Shown one piece after another: positions 47,126-58,478 of a DNA stretch of 64,000 nucleotides. The stretch lies in the NCBI GenBank assembly GCA_000708835.1, contig DF237026.1, positions 1-64,000 on the forward strand, read 5' to 3'. The DNA comes from Klebsormidium nitens. Lineage: Eukaryota; Plantae; Klebsormidiophyceae. The stretch's first letter is position 1; each line of letters opens with the position of its first letter. The notes under the pieces are model-generated. The model saw nothing but the letters and a program-made list of their open reading frames with translations, was not told the DNA's origin and did no database searches. A program made the translations under genes and the position numbers.

Positions 47126-48720
47126 GGCTTTTGACCCAATCAGAGCCCGTTGGGGGCCGTTGCTAGAACGCGGTTGAGGTCCGGTCGCTGATCAAAAACT
47201 TAAGGTTCTTATGCTTTGAGGTGGTTCTGATAGTGAATGCCCTTCGAAGCCGCGACCGAAGGAAGTGGAGAGCGAGAAAGGGCGGCGAGGACTTGCATCT
47301 GAAATAACGAAGAAAGGTTGTGGTCTTGCATTACCTGAGCTAGCTTTCCTCGACATTATGTCAAAGTCTTGATCTTAAGGTGATTGTGCATCAATTGAAC
47401 GGGGTGGCTTCTGCACACATAGGCCGGACAATCGGCCTGCATGGCCAGTGAGTTTCCTCCCAGGGTCAATAGTGAGTGCGCCCGTACGTTCCATTGCTCT
47501 TGACCAGAATGTCAGGATGCACATGCTGCGACTGGATTGAAGTCGGAATTCGACGCGGTGTACTGATCAGCACGCTTGCTCCTCCGTATACGACCGGACG
47601 GTCAACGCGAGTGGCATATGCCTGTGTTGGAGTGTCAATCTTGACGCACTGGCAGACAGTTGCAAGATGTCTACATGCAGACACTTCTGGGCTGTCCGCA
47701 ATTCACTCGTGCAACTCGCTAATATCGATATCTGGCTGATCATCTGATCCAATCAGACGGAAATGGATGCAGCGAGCTAGAATCGTAATCGCAGGCCGCC
47801 TCCTGATCGAACGGAATGCCTGCGATTGGAAGCTTTCCATTGTAGCTGATGTCTAGCCTGGCTAAGTTCTGCATGAAACGCTGATCATTAAATTCTGTCT
47901 TATATTTAAAGACATCAGGTGGCTGCAAAGCTGCACCATAAAGAAACAAATCGATCTGCTGCGTGTCAAACGGCATATGACTCCTGTTTTGAATTCGCCG
48001 TCTGCATATTCTCAAGTCGATCAAACCGTTCGTGTACCCAGTGCCGGAGCGCAGCTAGATACACCGTCGCGTGCATATATGCATGTTTTGGTAAGCTAGT
48101 GGTTAAGGTCAGGCTTAAAGGGATGCTTAGTTGCCAGCCTAGCTAGTGCACATGAGCCAACTGGATCCGACGCGCGCACGCGGTGACCGGCCGGCCGTCA
48201 CCGGCTAATATCAATGAATGATCTTCTAGTGCCCACATGATGCATGCAACATTTGCAATGCGACGCGCTACAGTTCAACCGTTCCCGGGCCCAGGGTGGT
48301 AAAGTGCCAAAGCTGCCGACCGGCAAGGCGTAATCGATTTCGCCCAAGCTCGAGACGATCTTTAGGTTATGAAGATGTGCGCGCGCATGCTGAGCAGGCT
48401 GAGGAGTCGCAAAACATCAAAGAAGCTCCAAAACAGAGGTTAAATACTGACGCGGCGAACTTCGGAAGTGCTTCAGCATTGGAAACCGTCTTTTCTTGAT
48501 GCGACCAAGCAAACCACTAGCTTGATATGTTTTTCGCAGCCAAGTCCGACCTGCTCTATCCATTCACCAAACTTACCTGAGACTCTTCACACAAAAAGCG
48601 CGAAATCTATCTACTGTCCCTGACCAAACTACGGTTACAGACAGACCACGAGATCGTTTACAATCGCGAGCGTCGGGGCCCGACGTATAGCGCCACATAT
48701 CAGGAAAATAGGGAGCCCGA

Positions 48721-50480
48721 TCAACCGAAGCCAGTCGGAGAGGAAGAAGGATCCGAAGAGGAGTAACGCACGAAAGGAAGCTTCTCTACGAATGCTTCCT
48801 CCTTTCCGGCTTGGTTCCGTGCTTCCGTGCTCGACACGTGGCGCTGTCTGGCAGGGGCGCCACTTTCCGCTCTTCCGTCCGCTGCTCCGGAAGGTGGGGG
48901 TTCCGCCAGAGACAGACGAGGGAGTAACCTCCGGTGTTGAAGCCGTCCCTTGGAGTAAGTGGCCGAGCGCACGTGCTGGCAACATCACAAAAAGGTGGGG
49001 GAAAACGGTCAGGGAAGGAACAGGCAGCGGAAAAGAAGCAAAACGAGATTGCTAAAGGAGGACGTAAGAAAAGAAAGAGGGAACAGCGTCAGAAATGAGA
49101 AAGCTGGCGAAGCTTCAGACAGATGCTAGAAAATCGAAGCGTAAGAGAAGCTGGCTAGCGTCCTTTGGAGCGCCTCGAGCAGTCTCACATATCCGATCGT
49201 TGCACTCAACAGCAGGCAAGTCTCTCGGCATAGCAATCCCAAAGTTGGTATATCAAGACGTCAAGAGGACCCCGAAGGTACGCCCAAAGCTCGAACGGCC
49301 CAGATGGTCTAACTCACTTGAAAAGTCAAGGTCTGAAGCAATTAGACACATCAGCATGGCAACAAATCTCGCAAGTTGACACTGCCACCTCCGATTCAAT
49401 TGACGAAACATCATTACAATTCTCTGAGAATTTAAATCGTATCCCAAACCTTGAAAACCTCACCTGCTTCTGGAATCTCTGCAGCTTGACGAGCACTGCC
49501 GGCACCGCCTCTGCCCCGTGAGCCGCTGCTCCGCGAGGAGGGCGACCGTTGCAGCGGGGCCCACCTGCGAGTGGTCGCCTACGACGACGACCGCCGTAAC
49601 CGGGTCGGCGATGCAGCCCTGGAACCAGGACGCCTTGAGCCCCTTCCCAGAACGGTGGCATAGACCGGATTCCGCCGGAGCCCAGATTGCTTAAACCTGC
49701 AGAATCCGGCGTCCTCCCGACTGCGACCCGGCTGGACTTGGATGCAATTTTACGGCTGAGGCGGCTCCCCCCTCTCGAAGATCTGTAGCATCCAGAACTC
49801 GCCGTTCGCATTTGGGTTCCCCGTGCTGGTGTGAACGCCCGCCCCATTTCTGCTGAACTTCCTAACTGGGCCTCGGTCGAAGCGCGAAACGCAGCGGACG
49901 ACTCATCTCATCGCAGGCGATGATGACAGCAGAGACCGCTCCTCCCGTCTCTAACGGCCAGCTCCCGCCGCATTTCTGGAAGCCGTCACCTCGCTCTAAC
50001 GCAGGTGCGCCCCCACCCAAGGTACCGGTCACCAGAGCGAGGCGTTCTGCTCACCGAACCCACTCTCCCCTTAGACTTTGGTTTTGGACACTCCGGCATT
50101 CAGCTTAAACCCCCTCTTCTCAGCATTCTCACGCTCACGCAGGCTCCTCGGCTTTTCCACAAGTGCCCTGAATCGCGGCCTTGATTCTGACGGCAGCTTT
50201 TTCGCAGTCGCCCCGATTTACCTCGCTCGACCTGAGCACCCCTCTTTCCCTACAAGTCACCCACCTGGCTTTCGCCCCTCCCCTTCGACTTCCACACCGT
50301 ATCTTCCCAGTGCTTCCCCCTTTCGTCATCCCTCCTGGTTTCTTCCAGCTCAAACCCCACGACTTTGCACTTTCCACGCCTGCATTCCCTGGTGCTTCTC
50401 TCCTTTTCCGTTCGGTTTCCAAGCCACCACATCCCCCGCGCTTGCGTCCCCTACTCCGTCCTCCCTCCCCAGGCGCCCCT
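48721..50480 (-). pseudogene. Possible decayed or frameshifted coding region of unknown function
   Basis: Candidate minus-strand exons have GC-rich third positions: NGEFWMLQIFERGEPPQP (49849-49754), FKQSGLRRNPVYATVLG then, after a frame change, KGLKASWFQGCIADPVTAVVVVGDHSQ (~49696-49566), and HVRSATYSKGRLQHRR...GFG* (~48975-48721). A purine-rich G/R/E stretch at 50135-50480 is interrupted by stops. No family recognised; the model is not frame-consistent. Confidence 0.3.
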
Positions 50481-50955
50481 CAGCATTTCCCACGCTCTAG
50501 CTCTTCGAGATCTGGGTCTGATGCTGGCGAACATCAGCCGGCTAGCCTTGCCGAACACCCTTTCCGGCCCCTGTCTTCGACGTTCCGCTCCCGACTGCTT
50601 TCACCGCTCTGCAAGCCCTCCGCTGACGTCTGCTGGCGTCGCCTTTCCAACCCCCGGGACCATCTCCTTGCCTCTGCGCGTTCCCATTAACACCATTCTT
50701 TCTTGCGGAGTCCAAACCAGCCTATGCGCCAGGGACGGCGTCAATCGCCGCCGCCTCTAACAGAGCACCCAACGGGACCCCTACCTCTCCTCGACAACGA
50801 ACCAATCTCTCGACAAACTACACTGACGCTTAGTCGTCTACTCGACAACATTCCTAACTCTTGGCTATTTAGGGCCGTCTTCAAGGGTTACGAGAATTCT
50901 AAACATGAACACCTGTCAGAAGAGGCTACGGACCTACCTACGACGACTAGACCTG

Positions 50956-53385
50956 TTAGAAGCCAGGGGGCCTCGAAAGAAGCGGAGAATCAGAAAGGGG
51001 TTCGCCTTCGGACTCAAGCTGTGTCTTTGGGAGGGGCTCAAGGTCTGTCTCTGGGGGGGGCTGGTTGAGATCGAAGCCGCGTACAGGGGATTTGGGGGGC
51101 TCAGCAGAGTGTTGACTTTCCAGGGGGAAAAGGACGAGCTGGGGCGTGGAGTCAGACGGGGTTAAGGAACGTGATGCGTCAGAGGACGCATGGCCGGCCT
51201 TGGAATTGTGCCGATCCAAACTGGAGAAAAGAGGAGCTTCATCGGCAGGCGTTCCGTTACGGCCCGTCTTGGAGAAGGGGGGACCTAGGCCCAAGCTGGT
51301 CAAATGGTCAACCCCCCCAGTAGCAGGACCAAGCCCCCGAGAAGCTGCTGCCCCGCTTGTCGGACCGCTTGGAGCCCACAGGTCTCTTGTTGCCGCTTCC
51401 ACCGCAGGGGGGTTCTCTTCCGGCGCCTCGGTTTTGAACCCCCCACTGAAGGCAAAAAAAGCCCGACATTTTGCTCGTAACCAGGGGTTTAGAGACAGCT
51501 CCTCGTTCCTCCCAGGCTCAATCCCAGCCTTCTCCTTTCCCCACCCATCATTTGCCGCGCCAACCAAACCCGGCTTGCCCCGCTTTGCCGCTCCAGCCAT
51601 TGTGTCCCCCACTCTTCCGGGCCTCCACTCACCCTCTTGAGGGATCCCCCGCTCAGCACTGTGAGAGGGTGTCCCATCGGCGACCCCCTCTCCACGCCCT
51701 CCAAAAAGCGCTTCCTCGCCGGAGCTGTCCGCTTTCAGCCCTCTCTTCCATCTCCCCTTCTCGCCGTCCGCTTCCTGTTCCTCCCCACCTTCCCAAAGCC
51801 ACTTCTTGGGGGTCTCAGCTTTTCGAGTCTGCCCAACGTCCTGGAACTCTGCCGGCGCTCTCGCATGATCCGCCAACCCACCCTCCCCCACCTGCAGCTT
51901 TCCCACCAGATTCATCCCACCCCTCGCCGCCTTTAAGCCGGGAATCCCTCGGGGCGCACCTTCCAGATTCAACTGAAAGCGCTTGACTCCACCATCCCCT
52001 GCCGGCGCACTTTCCGACGCCGCCAGTCGAGCGTGCCCCGCAAATGACAGCCCTTGCTGAGCTGTGCCGAACCCCGCCGGAGGAAGTGTTTCTGCGCTGG
52101 GGTTCCTTCGGCGGACACTTTCTGACCTCCGGCGGAAAGAATCTTCTCCTTCGAAGCCCCTTGGCAGTCTCACCGACATCACATCCTCCGGCGAAGACTG
52201 TCCTCGCAGCCCCTGTGCTTCGGCATCTCTCGCCGATGGACGGCCCTGCAGGTCTGTGTCTGGGTAAACAGTGGGGGGCATTTCGGCGGAGAGGTTCAGC
52301 GAACCCTTCTGATCTGAACCTGCCTTTCTCCAGCGAGCTGATGCTTTCGCTGAAGTCCCCGATTCCCCATCACCTGCCACCAACCGCTCCCACTCAATCC
52401 TGGTTGCAGGCCTCTCTGCCGGAGGATTGAAGGTGATGCCCCGATCCAGCGCCGGTGCTTCCCGTGAACCCCCCAAAGCATCACCTCCAAACCGCTCCGC
52501 CCTCTTCTGCCTCTTCCGCTCGAACTCTGCCGCCTCTTGCTCCTCCTCCCAATCCTCCCTGCCTCCCTGCTGCCTCCTTCTCTTGCCAGGTGGCGCTTCC
52601 GGACTGGCCGGGCTGGGCGCCTCCTCCTGGGGGGTTCCCTCTCCCTGCCATCCCCTGCCGTTTGGTGCCCCGTCCCGGCTAACCCCAGGAGATGTTGTCC
52701 CCTCGTCCCGCTTCCGCTTCACGCCAGGTGGCACCCCCAGATTGGCCACTCCCAATTCATAGTACAACTCCTTATGCTTGACCGACTCAAGCTGGTGCTG
52801 CCGCAAAGCATTGGGGGTCCCAAAAGGTTTCATGCACACATAGCACACGACCCTACTCTCTCCGTTCCCCTCTGCCTCCGTGCAGCGCTCCAAGACCCTC
52901 TTGTGCTTCTTTCCCCTCCTGTGGCTTTCCAACGCGTTCTTGTGAAAGACTGGCCCGCAGAGCGGACACATAACAAGCGGGTCTTCCTTTCGCATAAGCG
53001 ACAGAAGGGTTTTCTTCTCAGTGATTGGAGGGTTGGCTGCCTGGTTAAGAGAACCTTCCCTTGAGACTTCTTGTCTGACAAACTCTCCGTTCTGCACCCG
53101 TATGCTGCCGCCATCCTTCTTGAACAGTTTTCCTTCCCCCACTCTGGCCTTTGGGAAGACAGACATACCGAGGCTGCTTTCTGCGGCACCCCATATCCCG
53201 ACCATGTTCTGTCTCGGGGAAGGCCTGTCTGGAAGTAGGCGTCCCTTGCCGCTGCTATCAAATACCGTCAAACGGTTACCCGCTGGAAGTTTTTGAGACT
53301 GAGAGCCTGGCAATGCAAGCACACTTGAACCACTGGCATCCGGTTTGGTTGATTCCCTCCCCCACATGAAGTGCCCCTTGAACAC
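50956..53385 (-). CDS. Uncharacterised protein with two C2H2 (U1/matrin/JAZ-type) zinc fingers in a G/E/R-rich disordered sequence
   Basis: 809-codon uninterrupted frame. The track start is GTG; the first in-frame ATG is at 53367, and an upstream exon is possible via an AG near 53418. Fingers: CPLCGPVFHKNALESHRRGKKH and CYVCMKPFGTPNALRQHQLESVKH. Confidence 0.8.
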   Translation of the reverse strand: MFKGHFMWGRESTKPDASGSSVLALPGSQSQKLPAGNRLTVFDSSGKGRLLPDRPSPRQNMVGIWGAAESSLGMSVFPKARVGEGKLFKKDGGSIRVQNGEFVRQEVSREGSLNQAANPPITEKKTLLSLMRKEDPLVMCPLCGPVFHKNALESHRRGKKHKRVLERCTEAEGNGESRVVCYVCMKPFGTPNALRQHQLESVKHKELYYELGVANLGVPPGVKRKRDEGTTSPGVSRDGAPNGRGWQGEGTPQEEAPSPASPEAPPGKRRRQQGGREDWEEEQEAAEFERKRQKRAERFGGDALGGSREAPALDRGITFNPPAERPATRIEWERLVAGDGESGTSAKASARWRKAGSDQKGSLNLSAEMPPTVYPDTDLQGRPSARDAEAQGLRGQSSPEDVMSVRLPRGFEGEDSFRRRSESVRRRNPSAETLPPAGFGTAQQGLSFAGHARLAASESAPAGDGGVKRFQLNLEGAPRGIPGLKAARGGMNLVGKLQVGEGGLADHARAPAEFQDVGQTRKAETPKKWLWEGGEEQEADGEKGRWKRGLKADSSGEEALFGGRGEGVADGTPSHSAERGIPQEGEWRPGRVGDTMAGAAKRGKPGLVGAANDGWGKEKAGIEPGRNEELSLNPWLRAKCRAFFAFSGGFKTEAPEENPPAVEAATRDLWAPSGPTSGAAASRGLGPATGGVDHLTSLGLGPPFSKTGRNGTPADEAPLFSSLDRHNSKAGHASSDASRSLTPSDSTPQLVLFPLESQHSAEPPKSPVRGFDLNQPPPETDLEPLPKTQLESEGEPLSDSPLLSRPPGF

Positions 53386-56300
53386 TTTCTTGGCATTTTG
53401 GAACGAAGAAGGTTTCCTTGCTGGCTACTGCAAGACTTCGATGCACTAGGAAGCGGGCAGTGATACAGCTGTCAAATAGCAGCATTACATATCCTGCCCC
53501 TTGAGTGCCTTGCCTGATTGCTTTTGGAGTGTTGCTCGCAGGCTATCACTGTCAGGCGCTTTAGCCGGCGCTGTCTCAAATCGACCAATGCAGACGTGCT
53601 AGGCAGGGCAAACGAAGCCTTCAAGCTGAGCTTGCTTACGTACACAAGATGACGCATCCTCAGGTTGACAATGGCGCATGTTAGAGAGAACCAAGTAGTT
53701 GATGTCAAGCTGCTGCGCTGCTGACACTGACAGTGGTGCCTGACGGGGAGGCTGAGCACCTCTCTTGCATGTTTGTTCGTTTTGGGGGGGCTAGCTGGCT
53801 AACCACCGGTAGCTCAAAGTTGGTTCGAGAAGTAATACATACCTACCCGCCGGCTTCCCCCAGGTTGACGGTGATGTGGACAGATCAGTCGGAGCTTGAC
53901 GTTCCTACCCACCCCCGGAAAGGTGCCGGAAAGCGCCTATGTTAAGTTTCGATCTCCGCGGTGCTCGCGCGCGCGCCCACTGACACTTTTCAAGTGGCAG
54001 GACCAGAATCACCAGAAGGGAACGTGAAGGGAACATTGAGAACCTGGTCTGGACGCTATCGACATTCGCAGCTCGTCAAGCTCCACTTTGATCTGAGAAC
54101 CTTAGCCCTTCGAATGAAGAAGACGCCACCTCTGACGTCCAACATCGTTGGTGCTCAGGCTGCCCATGTCTCCAGCAGGCAGCTTTTGGCCTATTAGCCT
54201 ACGAATGCAGCCCTTCACAAGCAAGCTGCCATTACTGAACGCTCCACTTTGTACATCAACTCGTCAGAGTCGGCAGCGGAGGGACAGATTCCATCCAAAT
54301 CTGTCAGGCGAAGCGCACAATTCTGAGATGGCCGAAACGCTGTCACAGCCGTCCGATCTTCACCTAATGAAGCCAGTCTGAAAGTGCATTTGGGCGTTAG
54401 GTGTTAGCGACCAGGACCAGACTCGTAAGCTTGACCCCCGCTCTTGGGCTGGAAAGAGCAGATCGGAGCCGTCAATCTGTTGACGTTGACAAGATGGACG
54501 ATAGTGACAGCCTCGCCGCTTGTCCCTCAGCCATTTGGAAATTGTGCATTCCGCCTGCTGTGGTTTGATTAAGTTGATGGTCCGTCCACCCACGAACCCA
54601 GTGGTATATATGCACCTACTATATATGTAATTCTGCACAATATTGTACTGCATGCCGTACCATTGCAACCCACGAACGAGTGATGATCCGGACCTGATCA
54701 AACTCATTGAAGCTCAGGAGCTGTTGGAGCTGGCCCGCTCAAGGAGCCGGAAGAAGTTTATGATACGCCGCAGAATCGGCCCACATTGATGCTCTTAACA
54801 AATCAGCAATTACTCTTGGTCCAGACTGCGCCTTCCTAGTGAGCGAACCTAGACGGGACCTAGACTGTTTTTGGGCCATCGAAAAGGGACCTAAGGTCAG
54901 ATTGATTCAAGCCAGTAGGTCTAATTTGACGATCGAGACGATCTTGCGATGCAGCTTCACGTCTTTCGTTATCTCTTCGCGCGCAGTGGAAGGAAAAGTT
55001 GAACGAGCTCCCGGCCCGACCGTCGAGTGAACCAGCTGAACTAGTACGTCTTAGGCGAGCAACAGTCCGTCTCTTTAACGACTCTGAAAACGTTCTGTTG
55101 TCTTTCGAGCGTCTTTTAAGCGAGAATCAAGCGAGCAAGTTATAGTCGAACGAGGATTTAAAACGTCGTGAATTGAAGCGGCCGGCATGTAACATAAGCA
55201 CAATTTCGTACTCAAGTCTCTTTAGTTCCGCTATGTATAGCAGAGCCAGCCGGGAGCCAGCCTTTAAAGACTGTACAGAAAACACGAGGTCCGAGCCCTC
55301 GAGCCAGCTCGTTCAAGAGCTTGTCGTACAGAGCCAGACACCGGACCTAAAGCGAAGATGGGCAGAACGGCAGATCGGCAGAAAGGCTGCCGATTGAAAG
55401 AGCAGAAGACGTCCAAGAGTCTCGACTGCTCTCGAGGAGAAGGGAAAAGTCTGGGCGAGGAGAAGATTGAGAGTAAGCGTTGCATTCTTGGCCCGCTTGT
55501 CACGCTCGTTTGACACCCCCGGGCTCCCTCTCCGTTTGTCCCACTTTTGGCTTCAGCCATCTGTTCACGGCCCCGTCTGTCCGAATTGCTCGAGTCAAAT
55601 TGGGTCGGAAAGCACCAAAGAAACCAGAGAAGCCCCGGATCAGAACGATTTTATATTTCTTTCGACTCTGAACACCCAATTACTCGACTTCCACTTCGTT
55701 TGGTCCAACACGCAACCCAATCATGCCTCGTTTTGAGGAACCTTAGATTACACCGTCTGATGCTGTAGCAAAATCAAAGACTTCAAGCAGAAATCGAACT
55801 GATGCGCCAGATAGTAGGAATGAGTCGAAAAGGTGCGAGAAGCCGCCGCCAAAGCCGAATGCCAACGATGAGATTGGTGGTAGAGTACACGATTACCCAG
55901 ACACTACTCTTCAATCCAAATTCCAAGGATCGATTAGAAAGCTTGCACGAGGACAAACGATCAGAGCGCTCGTTCAATTTCTGATAGAAGTTGAACAGGA
56001 CGAGTCGGTTAATTCATTGCATCGACCGCTGCCCAACATTGCAACAGAGGCCAAACGACGTGACTGCAGTGACGTCTATGCGACGTCGACCAGACGTCGA
56101 TTTAAGAGCAGAGCGCATCAATCATAATTGGAAGCCTGCTTGCTACCCCTCCTGCTGAATGTTCTTCCCTCACTGTGGCCACTTCGTTGGAGACGTGATA
56201 AGGTGCTTCGTCTTTCTGGGACCGCATCGTTTACCTGACAAGTTCGCCCGTTCCTTAAAATGGGCGTAGGCCATGCATGGACACCCCAAGGCCATCTACG

Positions 56301-58478
56301 GTAGTATGGGCCTTTTTGGGGCGAACTTGCAATCTGGTCCGTTCAAAAAAGACTCAGATGCACGAAGTGTGCATTTCCGGACCTTTGTAATCGGACGCCC
56401 ACTTTAAGAAACGGCTCAAATGCAACCGGATTAACCAAGGAACATCACGAGCCTTTGCTTACCAGAGATATATCCAGTCGAAGATGCTTGCTTCGAAGGA
56501 GGGATAAAACTTTCTGATTGGGCGCGCGATGGGGCAGTCGCGAAGTACATCAACGAGAACAACTACGGATGGCCGGGGGCTTCAGAGATTTGCTGACAGG
56601 GTTTGGGCCTGATCGAGCATATTCGCAGCGAGTAGGGCGCGGAGGGAGCCAAAAGATAAGTCCGCCGATGATTGTTGAGAAGCACGGTTGGGTCGCTTCA
56701 GCAGACACGACGGATTAGGATTAGAAGAAGTGAGCCGTAAGGGACATCAGCAGTGGGGAGCTTGTTCCAAGCAACATAAGTTAAGCTAGATGAGAACCCG
56801 GAACCGGCGGAACCGGAAGAGAAAGGATTAAGGAGACGAAGACGTACTTAAGTTAATCAGCACAGCGCCCACTTTGCTTCTGATCACCGGACGAACTTTG
56901 AAGCAGTCCAAATTTGGCACAATATGAAAAGCTGACGTCACGTTTTAACTTTTCATGTAGGCTTGCCTCAGCAAGTCCCACTGAATGACAGAACAGTGAA
57001 CGGGCTTCCGCGCGCTGCCAGCCCACTCGACACCAGCCCGCCTGCACGACTCGGAAGCAATGTAAGATGCTGATTGCGTGGCGCTTCCTGCTGTCTCAGT
57101 CCTCTCCCCTTTGTGACACCAGCTACATAGCCTTTGTTAGGAATACTGGAGTCGACTTGCCTGCCATATGACCTCGCGTCCGGCTGCGGATCTCCAAGCA
57201 GTAGGAAAGGTCGACTTGGTTCGAATTGCTCCGAGAATTCGAAATTGGAAGAGAGTTTTGACACTGAGTACGTGATTTACTTTACAGCAAAGTCGACTGT
57301 CGTTTCTTAATTGAACATAAGTTGGACATCCTGTCTCCCTAAGGGAAAAACGTGAACGAAGCCTAACGCTCTAAAGCAGCAGTCAAGCAGCGCCAGAGCC
57401 TAAAACTTATCGAAACTGAGCGTATGAAATGTACTCTGACTCGGCTTGAGAGGGGAGCTAGAATAGGGGGACAGTGGCGTCGTGTCTAGCACGCAAGCTC
57501 CTCGTGCGGCGGCAGCCCGTTGCTTGGCGCAGTTAGTTCGGCAATTGGATACTGCGTGGCAGGCTTCGTGCGCGTCATCGAGGGGAGCCTGCAGACTTGC
57601 TCTTCTTAACTTAACGACTCGACAGGGCTCAGCAGTGTGGCGAGAGCCCCTAGCTCACCCAAAAGGCCCACGAGTCAGCACCGCTCGTCTTGAGGAGTCT
57701 TTTCATTATGATGCGCCCCATGCCTTTGATGCGCACGGGTTTTTCAGAGAAGTGTCCATGATGCATTTCATGGACGTTGATTATTCTGCCACACGTATAT
57801 GTATTGGACGACACGTTGCTCCTCTGTTTTCAAATCGTCAAAGGGTTCTAGTACTTTTTTGGACAGAAGATCAGGTGCATGCCGGCGCGCGGATTGACAA
57901 ACATCCTTTACGACCTTACGCTTGCACACGCCTGTGGCGGCAGGCCGGAATCACTGACCATATCAAAAAAATCATTTGTCATGTAGGCTCTAACAGGGGC
58001 CCTGTGCACGGCCGTACGTCAATGGCACGACATGTTGCAGATCATGTCTGCATTCAGATTATTGACGAGCGAGCTGATTATGGCCACTTGATCGATTGCA
58101 GTACAACTATGATAAATCACAATCATTCGCAATAAAGCTCAAAGTATAGTACAAAGAGGATTGATTGATTGATAATCCTGGTTATCATGATGCAAGAAGC
58201 CATAATGGTAATGCCGAGCCTCGGAGCTCAGTAGCTATCATCTCTGACCGTCCAAAAATTCATTTCATACATACATTCACTTCTTGCATGGTAAGGAGCG
58301 CCAGGCAATCATCTTTAATCGATCATGATTCAAAGTCCTAAGTTACTAATATAACACATGTGCAATGACATGCAATCGTTCATTATCTGTTGGTGGACTC
58401 AAGATTGCTTTATGGTGACCCGCCGTAATGTTAAACACAGTCAGTGAGCTCACAGGTTGAAGACTTACCAATCCCTGC

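Noticed and set aside
48180-48205. Near-palindrome ggtgaccggccggccgtcacc upstream of the germin gene
   Set aside because: Short and GC-rich; plausible by chance, with no supporting context.
40600-48300. Compositionally similar blocks at 40.6-41.05 kb and 47.45-48.3 kb flanking the germin gene, possibly inverted copies of one element
   Set aside because: Only short patchy matches (e.g. ttgaccggaccgtac vs ttgaccgtccggtcgtat); could not be aligned convincingly by eye.
51146-53296. Plus-strand ORFs of 100-175 aa
   Set aside because: Antisense shadows of the 809-codon zinc-finger ORF.
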